From Candidatus Heimdallarchaeota archaeon (lineage in GTDB: Archaea; Asgardarchaeota; Heimdallarchaeia; JABLTI01): a stretch of DNA of 64,000 nt. Under the pieces are notes generated by a model, which was not told the DNA's origin, did no database searches, and saw only the letters and a program-made list of their open reading frames with translations. Of the stretch, positions 39,994 to 51,445 are shown one piece after another. The position numbers and the translations under genes were made by a program. Within the stretch, counting starts at the first letter, position 1. Each line of letters begins with the position of its first letter. Location: the NCBI GenBank assembly GCA_018238155.1, contig JABCTZ010000041.1, positions 48,540 through 112,539 on the forward strand. The letters run 5' to 3'.

Positions 39994-40572
39994 TTGACAG
40001 AATCAAATTCAGATTATCTTGTAGGGTTAATTGTTTTTATTTTATTCATAGTGGGTGGTTTTTTTATTTATTTAAGCAGCTCATTTACTGTAAGTAACTA
40101 TGTGGATGATGATAAATATTACCTTTTTAAAACATACTTTTTTGGTCATTGGGGTTTAGAAGAAGATGACGAATTACTCCATGACGGTGGAGTAGGATAA
40201 TTAGAGAATTTTCCAGTATACTCAAGTGTATTAATTATTGTTGGATTAATTTTGAGTTATGTCAGTCTATTTATGTTACAATTCTACCAAAGTAGAAAAC
40301 ATCAGTATTTTAATATTCATCGAAGAATAGCCGGTTTTTCAGTAATCTTAGTTAATATTATAGGATTAACTGGTACATTATTACATATCCCATATGCTAA
40401 ATATTTGAATTCTGTTTACGGAACAACACAAGTTTATAATGGTTTTATTCTAGCGATAATATTTTTCAGCCTATTTATGATTGTTGGAATACCAGCATCA
40501 ATTAAACCTGATCGTTTTACAAAAATAAGAACTAAAACAAGAGAAATGAATGAAGCAGAAGAAAGCAATTAA
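39994..40572 (+). pseudogene. Four-TM membrane protein gene interrupted by an in-frame TAA (40198-40200)
   Basis: ORFs 39994-40200 and 40252-40572 are in the same frame. The gap reads LENFPVYSSVLIIVGLI, continuing a TM helix. Confidence 0.6.
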
Positions 40573-40901
40573 TCATTATTTATATTTTCTTCTTTTTCTC
40601 TTTTCAATAACGCTTGTTCTGCAAGTAACTGTAATTCTTCTTCGAATTCATTATTTTTTGCATTCGTTAATGCAGTGATTATTTTCATTTCTAGAGAATC
40701 TACTATAGCCATATCTGAAAAAGTATTGATAATGACTTTACGAACTTTTTTGCTCTCATCAATTTGTAGTAATAGAATAAGATAATCAATTATTTCTTCA
40801 TCAAAAGAATTAAGAGATTTTTTTATACCAGCTATTCTCTTTCTGAATGATTCATGATAGAGTAGTTTCAAAATTTTAGACTGGTTAATTTTTTTGTTCA
40901 T
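40569..40901 (-). CDS. Small HEAT-repeat protein
   Basis: RIAGIKKS...LLQIDESKKVRKVIINTF...LAEQAL. Confidence 0.6.
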   Translation of the reverse strand: MNKKINQSKILKLLYHESFRKRIAGIKKSLNSFDEEIIDYLILLLQIDESKKVRKVIINTFSDMAIVDSLEMKIITALTNAKNNEFEEELQLLAEQALLKREKEENINND

Positions 40902-40934
40902 TTCAGTTTTTCAATCTTAATCTCATTTATTAAT

Positions 40935-42005
40935 TTAATTGAAAGCAAGCTTAAACGCAAAAAGCATTACTACACCACCAACAGTAAGTAGCACACCAAT
41001 AAGACCCATTAGAGTTACTTTTTCACGGTTGAATAACCAGCTTATTGGAATAGCAAACAAAGGACTTGCTGAACCAATTATTGAAACAAAAGCAGCATTT
41101 ACTAGGAAAATCGCTTCAGTATACAAATAAGCACCTATTGATGTTCCGATAATTGCTCCAAGGAATAACAGGAGCCAAGTCGTCTTCCCCCAAGTTTTAA
41201 CTTTTGTTTTTTTATCACCAATACTCATAACCGATAATATACTTGCAGCAATGGGAAATCGAACTACATTCCCCAATAAACTACTGAATTGACCATCACC
41301 CATAAAAATCGCTACATCATTAATCGCTTTATTAGTCAACACTATTCCTATGGACCAAGAAATCGCAGCAAATAATGCTATACCAATTGCAAAAAGTAAA
41401 TTTTTTTTTGATTTTTGTTTTGGTTCTGATATATCAATATTAGTTTCAAGGGTTTCTTTTGAAAGATCAATTTCTTCATTCCCAGCAGAAATAGAAGAAT
41501 TTTCAGAAATTATTCCTTCATTTTCTGCAGATTGCACAAGAGTTTTTGAAGCTTTTTGAAAATTACCTTTGTTAAGACAACGATTTTTTCCCAATCCAAT
41601 AACAATCACTCCAACAACAATCATACACACTGCACCATAGAAATACACTGGAATAACATCACCCAAAATGTAAGAAATAATAATAGTAAAAATTGGAAAA
41701 GTCATTGCAATAGCAAGTGCTAAAGTAGTTCCTAGCATTTCTTGAGCTTTGAAATATGCTGTATCACCCAAAACTTGACCAAATAAGAAGCTTAAAGCAA
41801 GCCAGAGCCACAAAATTGGTGGAAATTGAAAAATTGTTGTAAACTGTCCAATTATAAGAGAGATAAACAAATATGTCAAGAACCCAACAATAGTCCGAAA
41901 AGCGTTTATTTGGGAAGGAGAAACTTTAGTATCAACGCGCTTAAAAATTGCATTTGATAAAACAAAACAAAGGGTCGCTCCAATAGCAAAAAGTTCTCCT
42001 AACAT
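40935..42005 (-). CDS. DMT/EamA family transporter
   Basis: Ten TM in two EamA repeats: GDTAYFKA, PIFT, SPLFA...REKVT. Confidence 0.9.
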   Translation of the reverse strand: MLGELFAIGATLCFVLSNAIFKRVDTKVSPSQINAFRTIVGFLTYLFISLIIGQFTTIFQFPPILWLWLALSFLFGQVLGDTAYFKAQEMLGTTLALAIAMTFPIFTIIISYILGDVIPVYFYGAVCMIVVGVIVIGLGKNRCLNKGNFQKASKTLVQSAENEGIISENSSISAGNEEIDLSKETLETNIDISEPKQKSKKNLLFAIGIALFAAISWSIGIVLTNKAINDVAIFMGDGQFSSLLGNVVRFPIAASILSVMSIGDKKTKVKTWGKTTWLLLFLGAIIGTSIGAYLYTEAIFLVNAAFVSIIGSASPLFAIPISWLFNREKVTLMGLIGVLLTVGGVVMLFAFKLAFN

Positions 42006-42166
42006 AACATGAACTGCTTAACAATTCTTTTAAGTTTATTTCTGAAGAACTGAATAAACCATTTTTTACATGTATATTCAAGAAATGAAATCAATGCAAA
42101 TATTCCAATAAGATAAAAAAAGAATTATTTGAGACGTTTTGATGAACGCCTCAGTTTTGCTTAAAA

Positions 42167-44632
42167 CTATGACCTTGTTTTTTTCTTCTTGATTACAACA
42201 ATGAAGACTACTATGAGGATTAAAGCTACTAATCCAACACCAGCAATGACATAAGCCCACCATGGAAGATCAATTAGTGGTGCAAGAGAATTATCAAAAT
42301 TAATTGATACTTCGTATAAATGAACACTACGATCTTCTGGACCGATGATATTCGCTTTCCATAGTAATTCATTGCCGCTGAAAACAAAATCGTGACTTAT
42401 TCCAGGAGTAACTAGTTCCCAGTTTGTTCCACCATCAGCAGACATAAAAAATTCAATAGAGGTACCAACAGGAGTATAAGCATCAAAATCAAGAGTTGCT
42501 TTTTGAATCCGACCTGAATCAAAAGAATCAATCTCTAATGATTGAACGGTAGAAACATCAGTCATATATGTATCTGCAGCACTTTTGAAGTGGCGCAAGA
42601 TGATCAAATTTGTTGTATTGGCAATAAAAGTGAAATCACCATGAGAAGTTACTTGACGAGCAGCTGTAGCTTTTGGATAGATACTTTGAGTAACAATATT
42701 ATCCATATTTGCTGCATCAATTAGTGCTATACCGGCTGCTTTATCTGCAGAAAATAGATATGGTCCAAAACTACTAACACCATGGGAATCTCTGTCAACA
42801 TTGTCACCTAAAGTTAATAAAAATGGATTTGATGTGTTATATGTCCAAACACCATTTCCATCAGAAGTTCCAGCAAGATACATTACATCACCATCAACTT
42901 CTATATCATAATTGTAATCATATCTCAATCTAGAGGCGAGTAATTTTGGATTATCTATATCTCGGATATCATAAACATGAACACATGATGAAGATCCTGA
43001 ATTTCTATTCTCTGCTAAATAAAGAAGTGTTCCTTGAACAGAAATAGCAGTTACATTTTCAAAACTATCATCAAAACTATCTAAAATGAATATAACATTA
43101 GGATTAGAAACATTGTAAATATAAACGCCATATTCACCATCTGCTATCCAAGCGATTTCTCCTGCTACAGCAATATCAGTAGGATATGTAAGATAACTAT
43201 AATCTGTTTCAACAATATTGGAAGGATTACTAATATTGAATACCCGAAAAGCAGAATTATAATCGATTACATAAGCAAAGTGTTCATTTACTTCCAAACT
43301 TCCTGCGAAATTGGTTACATTTATCTGATCTAACAGAATTGGATTGGAAGGGTCTCGAATGTTGAGAGTATAAAAGCCATCTGCTCCTCCGGCAATGTAT
43401 GCAATATCGCCCCGTATTTTTATATCTGAAGCACCATATTGATTAAAAGTATTTGAATAAACTTCTTCAGAAATATTTGTAATACCTACTCCAGCACAGA
43501 GACGTAATGTATGGATTCCAGAATCTGTTCCAACAACTAAATCACCGCCATAAAGATCAATATCCCAAGTATAAGATAAAGCAATATTAGTTACTGGTGA
43601 TGGATGGCTTTTATCTGCAACATCAATTACTTGCACTCCACCTGTTCCATCAGCAACAAAAAGTGTTCTTCCTTGCAATTTCATTCTACGAGCATTACCA
43701 GGTGTATCACAAGTGCCCAGTAATATGGGGTTTGTTGGATTACGAACATCAACAATATGCACTCCTCCGGGTCCATCGGCAATATATGCAAATCCTCCTT
43801 CTACAAGAACATCAGTTGCATTCCCAGGTGTATCAATATGTCCTACAACTACTGGTGATTGTTTATTAGAAATATCTAGTATATAGAAGCCATCTGTACT
43901 AGCTGCAATGTAGGCAAAATTATCTGAAACATCTAAACCAAGTGTGTTATTATTATTCCAATCGGTTTCTATCAAGTGTATATCATCAGGATCTGCCACA
44001 TCCATAATTTGAAATGAATACATTGTAGAGCTTCTGTAATTTGAAAAGTAAACATATTGACCTTGTGGTTCAATATCTGTAACATTGCCCAGTGTTATAT
44101 ACCAATCAAGATATTTACCTATACCATTTAAATCAAATGGATTACTTACATTATAAGTATTGAAACTTTGTGATCGACCAGTATAAACTACATCACCATC
44201 AACTGCAACAGAAATCGTTCTGCTGAGAGAATCTCTTTCACTCAAAAAATTAATACTACTTGGATCTTCAATACTAAAACAAGAAATAGTGTGATCAGAT
44301 GTCAAATAACCATATTGAACTACATAGGCTTTTCTTCCTTGAACAGCTAATCCTCTTACAGGTAAAGTTGTTGAATAAAAGTCCAATTCTGATAGAGTAA
44401 AATTTCTATCCTTAGTTACTGTTCCACTACCCCAACCAAAGGCAGTTGTAGATCCATTCATAACTGTTGTTGTAGTAAAATCTTCTAAATAGGAATCAAC
44501 AGCATTTATTGTAAATGGTTGTTCATCTAAAGACATACTTGTACCATATTGTGATGGAACAATCATCATCGTAAAGAAGATTGAACTTAATATAAACACC
44601 GAAAAAATATAACGTTTTCTATTTTCTATCAT
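42167..44632 (-). CDS. LVIVD-repeat beta-propeller surface protein with C-terminal TM
   Basis: Many YIADG..GVHIVDVRNPTNP repeats, signal peptide, TM plus KKKK tail. Confidence 0.88.
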   Translation of the reverse strand: MIENRKRYIFSVFILSSIFFTMMIVPSQYGTSMSLDEQPFTINAVDSYLEDFTTTTVMNGSTTAFGWGSGTVTKDRNFTLSELDFYSTTLPVRGLAVQGRKAYVVQYGYLTSDHTISCFSIEDPSSINFLSERDSLSRTISVAVDGDVVYTGRSQSFNTYNVSNPFDLNGIGKYLDWYITLGNVTDIEPQGQYVYFSNYRSSTMYSFQIMDVADPDDIHLIETDWNNNNTLGLDVSDNFAYIAASTDGFYILDISNKQSPVVVGHIDTPGNATDVLVEGGFAYIADGPGGVHIVDVRNPTNPILLGTCDTPGNARRMKLQGRTLFVADGTGGVQVIDVADKSHPSPVTNIALSYTWDIDLYGGDLVVGTDSGIHTLRLCAGVGITNISEEVYSNTFNQYGASDIKIRGDIAYIAGGADGFYTLNIRDPSNPILLDQINVTNFAGSLEVNEHFAYVIDYNSAFRVFNISNPSNIVETDYSYLTYPTDIAVAGEIAWIADGEYGVYIYNVSNPNVIFILDSFDDSFENVTAISVQGTLLYLAENRNSGSSSCVHVYDIRDIDNPKLLASRLRYDYNYDIEVDGDVMYLAGTSDGNGVWTYNTSNPFLLTLGDNVDRDSHGVSSFGPYLFSADKAAGIALIDAANMDNIVTQSIYPKATAARQVTSHGDFTFIANTTNLIILRHFKSAADTYMTDVSTVQSLEIDSFDSGRIQKATLDFDAYTPVGTSIEFFMSADGGTNWELVTPGISHDFVFSGNELLWKANIIGPEDRSVHLYEVSINFDNSLAPLIDLPWWAYVIAGVGLVALILIVVFIVVIKKKKTRS

Positions 44633-44737
44633 TTCATTTTACCTCAAACTCTAATCGCTATGCTTATATTCTTCTTGGAAAATATAAAATTACCCTAAAA
44701 AATTGGATATGTTTAGATAAACACCTCTATTTGGTTA

Positions 44738-47479
44738 TTATGATACTTTTACTCTCTTTCCTTTAACAAATATCAAGATAACAACAATCAGCACGATGAT
44801 AAGCATGATCGAACCACTGATGATACCGATCCATAAAGGACTTAGTAAGGCAAAGGTTACTTCAATATCTGTAGTACTCCAACCACTAGCTAATCCTTGA
44901 TTGTCAACAGCACGAACTCTGAAATAATAGATCCCTTTGCTTAATGGATAAAATTTCTGTTGCAATGTTGTCAAAGTGTGATTTTCAAGTATGATACTAA
45001 AAGAAGAGGAATCACTCATTTCAATTTGATAATTAGAAACTTCCTCATCATCTGAGCTTGTATTCCACTTTACAGTAACTAATCCAAGAGCATTAGTTTC
45101 AGCTAACGGTTCCAAAGTTGGTATTGTAGGTGCAGAATTATATTCATAATCTATGCTAATCGAGTAGATATGTACACTACGGTCTTCTGGTCCGTAAATA
45201 TCTGCTTTCCATAGTAATTCATCACCAAAAAAGACAAAATTGTGCTCTACTCCAGGAGTAACTATTTCCCAGTGTGCTCCACCATCTGCAGACATAAAGT
45301 ACTCAACATGAGTACCAGATGGAACGTAATCCGTAGCATCAAGTATTGCAGATGAAATTTCTCCAGCTAATATAGAATCAATTTCTAATGATTGAACCGT
45401 AGAAACACCAGTCATATAGGTATCTGCAGCACTTTTGAAGTGGCGCAAGATGATCAAATTTGTTGTATTGGCAATAAAAGTGAAATCACCATGGGTAGTA
45501 ATTTGAAGTGCTGCTGAAGCTTTCGGATAGATACTACAAGTACCAATATCATCAATATTTGATACATTGACTAATGCAACACCATCTCTAAAGTCAGCAG
45601 TTAATAGATACGATCCAAAACTCCAAACACCATATGTATCTCTGTTTACATTATCACCTTGAATTGGTGAGAAAGGATTTGTAATGTTAAAGACCCAAAC
45701 ACCATCTCCGTCTGAAGTACTTGCAAGATATAATATATCACCATCTACATGAATATCGTAATTATCATCAGGTCTCATTTGGGAAAAAATCAAATTGATA
45801 TCACTTAAATCACGAATATCATAAATATGAAGACAATTAGATGAAATATAAGGTTTAAATTCCGTGACATAAAGAAATGATCCTTGTATCCAGATAGAAG
45901 TAACATTATATAACTCACTTCCAAAAGACCCTATAATTCCTGCCGAATAAGGATTTGAAATATTAATTAAATAGATACCAAACGGACCATCTGCTACCCA
46001 TGCAATATCACCTGCTACAGCAATATCAATGGTAAAAGCTAGGTTAATTGAGCTAACTTCAATTATATTAGTTGGATTACTGATATTAAATATTAAGAAG
46101 CCATGGCCAAAATCGGCTACAAAAGCAAATTGTCCTTGCACATCAAATTTTTTAGCTTTACCAGATAAATAGACATGATCCAGAAGTAATGGATTAGATG
46201 GATCAGAAATATTCAATGTATAAAAGCCATGAATCCCAACTACATAAGCAATGTCTCCTTGCACTCTTACATCATAAGCTTTGAATTGGTCAAAAGCATT
46301 TGAATAAACTTCTTTAGATATGTCACTAATTCCTGTTCCTGCGCAAAGACGTATAGTATAAATTCCAAGATCTGTTCCAACAACCAAATCACCACCAAAG
46401 AGATCAATATCCCAAGTATTAGGTAAGGTGATGCTAGTTATAAATGTTGGATGACTTGCATCTGTAATATCAAGCACTTGAACACCGCCTGTTCCATCAG
46501 CAACAAAAAGTGTTCTTCCTTGCAATTTCAATCTACGAGCATTACCAGGTGTATCATATGTTCCAAGTATTGATGGGTTAGCAGGATCGCGAATATCAAT
46601 AACATGAATACCCGATGAACCATCTGCAACAAAAGCAAAACCTCCATCTACAAGAACATCAGTAGCATTACCTGGAGTGTCAATATGGCCAACAACTATT
46701 GGTGAGTACTTGTTAAATACATTTAGAATATAAAATCCATCAGTACTTGCGGCAATGTAAATATTATGACCTACAACATCTAAACCAAGTGCATTTTTAT
46801 TATTCCAATTGGTATTTATTATCTGTAAATCTTCAGGGTCTCGTGCATCCACAATTTGGAATGAAGATATCATAGAACTATTGTAATCAGTATAGTAAAC
46901 TAAATGACCATTTAGTTCAATATCTGATATCATATTACTTGTTCCAACCCAATCAAGATGATTACCACTACCACTCAGATCAAAGGGATCTCCAACATTA
47001 TAAGAGTTCAAACTTCCTTGAGAACCAAAGAAGACCACATCACCATTAACAGCAATTGACATTGTTTTATTGAGAGAATTATGCTCACTAAGAAGGACAA
47101 TATTATTTGGATCATTAATATTGAAACAAGAAAGAGTATGAGAATTTGAGGAATAGTCATTTTGAACTACATAGGCTTTTCTTCCTTGAACAGCTAATCC
47201 TCTTACAGGTAAAGCTGTTGAATAAAAGTCTAATTCTGATAGAGAGAAATTTCTATCCTTAGTTACTGTTCCACTACCCCAACCGAAGGCTGTGGAAGCA
47301 CCATCATAATAAATTGTAGAACTAAAATCTTCAACATAATTTCCAGTACCATTTGCAATAAATGTTTGATTAAACGAACCACTTGTAATTCCATTTATAG
47401 AAGAAATGAAAAACAAGGAGAAAGTAATGATAACTAACATACCAACAGTAATTATTTTCCGTGTGCTTCTGAAAGCCAA
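44738..47479 (-). CDS. LVIVD-repeat surface protein, paralog of 42167-44632, with an extra FN3-like domain
   Basis: Same architecture plus VKWN...YQIE...YYFRVRAVD...GWS before the TM. Confidence 0.88.
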   Translation of the reverse strand: MAFRSTRKIITVGMLVIITFSLFFISSINGITSGSFNQTFIANGTGNYVEDFSSTIYYDGASTAFGWGSGTVTKDRNFSLSELDFYSTALPVRGLAVQGRKAYVVQNDYSSNSHTLSCFNINDPNNIVLLSEHNSLNKTMSIAVNGDVVFFGSQGSLNSYNVGDPFDLSGSGNHLDWVGTSNMISDIELNGHLVYYTDYNSSMISSFQIVDARDPEDLQIINTNWNNKNALGLDVVGHNIYIAASTDGFYILNVFNKYSPIVVGHIDTPGNATDVLVDGGFAFVADGSSGIHVIDIRDPANPSILGTYDTPGNARRLKLQGRTLFVADGTGGVQVLDITDASHPTFITSITLPNTWDIDLFGGDLVVGTDLGIYTIRLCAGTGISDISKEVYSNAFDQFKAYDVRVQGDIAYVVGIHGFYTLNISDPSNPLLLDHVYLSGKAKKFDVQGQFAFVADFGHGFLIFNISNPTNIIEVSSINLAFTIDIAVAGDIAWVADGPFGIYLINISNPYSAGIIGSFGSELYNVTSIWIQGSFLYVTEFKPYISSNCLHIYDIRDLSDINLIFSQMRPDDNYDIHVDGDILYLASTSDGDGVWVFNITNPFSPIQGDNVNRDTYGVWSFGSYLLTADFRDGVALVNVSNIDDIGTCSIYPKASAALQITTHGDFTFIANTTNLIILRHFKSAADTYMTGVSTVQSLEIDSILAGEISSAILDATDYVPSGTHVEYFMSADGGAHWEIVTPGVEHNFVFFGDELLWKADIYGPEDRSVHIYSISIDYEYNSAPTIPTLEPLAETNALGLVTVKWNTSSDDEEVSNYQIEMSDSSSFSIILENHTLTTLQQKFYPLSKGIYYFRVRAVDNQGLASGWSTTDIEVTFALLSPLWIGIISGSIMLIIVLIVVILIFVKGKRVKVS

Positions 47480-47731
47480 AAACTAAACCTCATATAATAA
47501 TTTAAAAAAAACAAGATTTCTCATTAAATATAAATTAGCTGTTTAAACAAGCTATTACAAAAAATAAAAAAATACTTTAAAAAGCTTAAATTATCGTCAA
47601 TAACAAATTCCAAATTGCTTTCCAGAAATCATCTAAAAAGAAAATCACAATATGAATAGATAGAAATGTGAGATGTTTTCTTTATTTTATAAAACAAAAA
47701 TATTAATTAGAAATTAGATAAATATGTACTT

Positions 47732-49465
47732 ATGAGCTCATTTTCACTAGAAGAAAAAGAAGACATTTCTATTGTACTCTGTGGAGCTGCCGGTCAAGGG
47801 ATAAAAACTGTGGAGCAATTTTTAACACATGCTCTATTCCAAGATGGTTATAATGTTGCAGCTACAAAGGAGTATATGAGCAGAGTTCGGGGTGGAACAA
47901 ACTCTACTGAAATACGGATTTCTTCAAACAAGGTTTCTGCTTTTGTTGATAGAATAGATATTTTTATTCCTTTAAACAAAACAGCAATTGCCAGGCAAAG
48001 AAATAGAATTACTTCTGATACTATCATTATTGGAGAACCGGAGAATATTTCAAATGAAATTGATGTCGCAAAACACAAAGTCATTGAAGTCTCTTGGTCA
48101 AAAATCGCAGAAGAAATTGGAAATAAACTTTATTCCAATGTAATTGCTGCTGGTCTTATTGCTGAACTTTTCCACTTGGATAAGCAAATTGGTAAAAAAT
48201 ATCTTCAAAATAGGTTTGCAACAAAAGGAGAAGAGATTATTGAAAATAATATCAAGGCATTTAACAAAGGGTGCGAAATTGCTGATGAGATTATTAAAGA
48301 AAATGGTTTGAAGATTGCAATTAAGAAAGATCCTAAAATTAGTAATATGTCGATGTATGATGGTGCATCTGTAGTAGGTATGGGTGCTATTGCAGGTGGC
48401 TGCAATTTTATTTGCTCCTATCCAATGAGTCCATCCACAGGTGTCCTAATTTTTCTTGCAAAACACTCGAATGAATTTGAAATATTAGTTGAACAAGCAG
48501 AAGATGAAATAGCTGCGATAAATGCAGGATTAGGTGCTGCTTACGCTGGCGCTCGAGCCCTTGTTTCAACTTCAGGAGGAGGTTTTGCATTAATGAGTGA
48601 AGGAATCAGCCTTAGCGGGATAATCGAAACTCCAATAGTTATTCATGTTGCTCAACGCCCTGGACCTGGTACAGGATTACCAACGCGCACTGAACAAGGA
48701 GATTTGGAATTAGTTCTCTATAGCGGTCATGGAGATTTCCCAAGAATTATACTAGCTCCTGGGTCATTAGAAGATGCTTTCTCTGTAACACAAAAAGCAT
48801 TCAATATGGCTGAGAAATATCAAGTACCTGTAATTATCCTTACAGATCAATTCTTTATGGACCTCTATTATAACTTCCCACCACCAGATATTTCACAATT
48901 TACTATTGAAAATACTGTAGTAAAAACAACCAAAGATTATCAAAGATATAAATTAACAAAAGACGGAATTTCTCCAAGAGGTATACCTGGTTTTGGAGAA
49001 GGGCTTGTTCGAGCTGACAGTGACGAGCATGATGAAGACGGGTTTATCACTGAAGACCTTGATGGTGTTAGACTCAATATGGTTGAAAAAAGATTCAATA
49101 AACTTGATGAGATAACCAAAAATGTCATTCCACCAGATTTACTTGGAAGCAAAAATTACAAGACACTAGTTATTGGTTGGGGTTCCACTTTTACAGCTAT
49201 AAAGGAAGCAATACATGCAATCGGTAGAGACGACATCGGTTTTCTCTATTACAAACAAGTGTATCCTCTTCATTCGGATACTGCAAATATACTCAAGAAA
49301 GCAGACAAATTGATTATTGTTGAAAATAATGCTACAAGTCAATTTGGTAAATTGATCCATCTTTTCGCTGATATTAAAATCAAAAATAAAATCTTGAAAT
49401 TCAATGGAATGCCTTTCTCGGTCGAAGAATTAACTGAAAAGATAAAGAAAATTGTGGAGACCTAA
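47732..49465 (+). CDS. korA: 2-oxoacid:ferredoxin oxidoreductase alpha subunit (gamma-alpha fusion)
   Basis: GAAGQGI, SRVRGG, YPMSPST, EDEIAA, TSGGGF, QRPGPGTGLPT. Confidence 0.92.
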   Translation: MSSFSLEEKEDISIVLCGAAGQGIKTVEQFLTHALFQDGYNVAATKEYMSRVRGGTNSTEIRISSNKVSAFVDRIDIFIPLNKTAIARQRNRITSDTIIIGEPENISNEIDVAKHKVIEVSWSKIAEEIGNKLYSNVIAAGLIAELFHLDKQIGKKYLQNRFATKGEEIIENNIKAFNKGCEIADEIIKENGLKIAIKKDPKISNMSMYDGASVVGMGAIAGGCNFICSYPMSPSTGVLIFLAKHSNEFEILVEQAEDEIAAINAGLGAAYAGARALVSTSGGGFALMSEGISLSGIIETPIVIHVAQRPGPGTGLPTRTEQGDLELVLYSGHGDFPRIILAPGSLEDAFSVTQKAFNMAEKYQVPVIILTDQFFMDLYYNFPPPDISQFTIENTVVKTTKDYQRYKLTKDGISPRGIPGFGEGLVRADSDEHDEDGFITEDLDGVRLNMVEKRFNKLDEITKNVIPPDLLGSKNYKTLVIGWGSTFTAIKEAIHAIGRDDIGFLYYKQVYPLHSDTANILKKADKLIIVENNATSQFGKLIHLFADIKIKNKILKFNGMPFSVEELTEKIKKIVET

Positions 49466-49468
49466 AAG

Positions 49469-50317
49469 ATGACTGACAATATTTTTGACTTGGGTGATAT
49501 AGATATCTCTTGGTGTCCTGGTTGTGGAGATTTTGCAATCCTACGAAATCTAAAGGAGGCTTTGGTGGAATTGAACATCAAACCAAAAGATCTGGTTATA
49601 ACCTCAGGTATTGGCCAAGCAGCTAAATTACCTCAATATTTGAAATGCAATTATTTCAATGGTCTACATGGTAGATCTTTACCTCCTGCTTGGGCTATCA
49701 AAGCAACAAATCCTGAACTTACGGTTATAACTGAAAGTGGTGATGGTTGTTCCTATGGCGAAGGCGGGAATCACTTAATACATACAATAAGAAGAAATCC
49801 CAATATCACGAACATCGTTCATAACAATATGATCTATGGATTAACAAAAGGACAAGCATCTCCAACATCACAATTCGGTATGAAAACGGGTGTACAAGTG
49901 GATGGAGTTATTCTTACACCTTTCAATCCATTATCTTTTGCAATAGGTCTTGAGGCATCATTTGTTGCAAGAACATTTGCTGGAGATCAAAAGCATATGA
50001 AAGAAATGATGAAGAAAGCAATCCAACATGAAGGTTATGCTTTACTTGATATCCTCCAACCGTGTGTTTCTTTCAATAAAATAAACACCTACAAATGGTT
50101 CAAGGAACATATCTATTATCTTGGGGAATCACATGATCCAAAGGATAAACTTGAAGCAATAAAAAGAGCTTCAGAAACAGATAGATTCCCGTTGGGTGTA
50201 TTCTACATTAAGGATAAACCAACATTTGAGCAAAATCATGATTTATATCAAAAATCGGATGAGGTTTTATATAAAAGGAAACGAGATCTCAAGAAATTCG
50301 CAGAGAAATTCTTTTAG
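49469..50317 (+). CDS. korB: 2-oxoacid:ferredoxin oxidoreductase beta subunit
   Basis: WCPGCGD, SGIG, HGR, GDG TPP motif, [18 protein letters not shown]. Confidence 0.93.
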   Translation: MTDNIFDLGDIDISWCPGCGDFAILRNLKEALVELNIKPKDLVITSGIGQAAKLPQYLKCNYFNGLHGRSLPPAWAIKATNPELTVITESGDGCSYGEGGNHLIHTIRRNPNITNIVHNNMIYGLTKGQASPTSQFGMKTGVQVDGVILTPFNPLSFAIGLEASFVARTFAGDQKHMKEMMKKAIQHEGYALLDILQPCVSFNKINTYKWFKEHIYYLGESHDPKDKLEAIKRASETDRFPLGVFYIKDKPTFEQNHDLYQKSDEVLYKRKRDLKKFAEKFF

Positions 50318-50348
50318 ATCTCCAAAATTTTATTTTTTTTATTGGAAA

Positions 50349-50825
50349 TTATCCGCCTGGAGTACCATGGAATGGTGCATATTTGTACATCCAATCTTCC
50401 AAGATATCTTCTGTAAGGGTTTCTTTTTCGATAAGAGCTTTTAGTAATGTTTTGAGGAAAGTGTGGTGTCGAACTTCATCTTTGTAAATTTCACTGATGA
50501 CAGTTTTCACTGAATCCGAGGGAGGATCTTTCAATATTTCTTTGTAGGTTTTGATTGCTTTAGCTTCTAATTCAATGTGTTTCTCGATGGTGGTTTTGAT
50601 CTCATCGAAATTCTCCTCTTCAATCAATGGAGTTGGACCTGTTAACATGCCTTTTAATGCACCCAATAGTAATGCATGTTTTTTAGAATCCATCGTAATG
50701 CCTCTAATCAATTCCCTAACAAGGATGTTCTTAATGTTAACAACACTTGCTTCAGAAATTTCGACAATCTGCTTTTCCAAAGCAATTTGTTCATCAAGGA
50801 ACTCAACTAATTTTTCTTCATCCAT
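50349..50825 (-). CDS. Ferritin-like/rubrerythrin-like diiron four-helix protein
   Basis: Duplicated E...DSKKH / E...DEVRH motifs. Confidence 0.75.
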   Translation of the reverse strand: MDEEKLVEFLDEQIALEKQIVEISEASVVNIKNILVRELIRGITMDSKKHALLLGALKGMLTGPTPLIEEENFDEIKTTIEKHIELEAKAIKTYKEILKDPPSDSVKTVISEIYKDEVRHHTFLKTLLKALIEKETLTEDILEDWMYKYAPFHGTPGG

Positions 50826-51025
50826 AATGTAACACCTTTTAGCTAGTAATTAGTAACAATTACGAATATTCCATTTAAAACCTATTCCTAAATAATATGA
50901 GATAAATGAGTTAGTTTTTTCTTAGTAAATTAAAGAAAGAAATAACAAGAAATCAAGTTGTTGCGATGGATTAAAAAATAGTAAAGGTATAACACAGATA
51001 GAGAAATATTTACGAGTGTTTGATT

Positions 51026-51196
51026 ATGTCATTAAATCCTACTGAACCTTGGTTGTATCTCATTATCTATGGTGGAATAATGATTTTTGTATTTGTTCTT
51101 GGTCTGATTCTTACTCTCACTCAAAAGAGGAAGGGAATGAGTATAGAGAAAAAAGCAGAAAAAGAAAATCAAACGCCAAGTAAAAGCGTTTTATAA
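51026..51196 (+). CDS. Small single-TM protein (56 aa), not in the ORF track
   Basis: MSLNPTEPWLYLIIYGGIMIFVFVLGLILTLTQKRKG...SVL*: a TM followed by a basic tail. Its stop codon lies within the 20-bp direct repeat. Confidence 0.55.
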   Translation: MSLNPTEPWLYLIIYGGIMIFVFVLGLILTLTQKRKGMSIEKKAEKENQTPSKSVL

Positions 51197-51212
51197 TCTA
51201 TTGTTGAGAAAT
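51193..51212 (+). repeat. 20-bp direct repeat, left copy
   Basis: ATAATCTATTGTTGAGAAAT, identical to 54651-54670. Confidence 0.85.
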
Positions 51213-51445
51213 ATTTTTACATTAACTGATAAGTTAGACTATTATGGCACAGTGTTTCACTGCAGTAAATGAAGAAAATTATTGTCAAAGTAGATTTACT
51301 TAACAGAGATTACAAGCGACAAAAAATCAAAAGACTTATACATATCTAAGTATATTCTATTACTTAACATTGATTCTCGAAAAGGATCAGTTTCGGTGAG
51401 ATGGTATGAATTTTCACAAACAAAGGCAAAATAGCAGTCTTTGTT

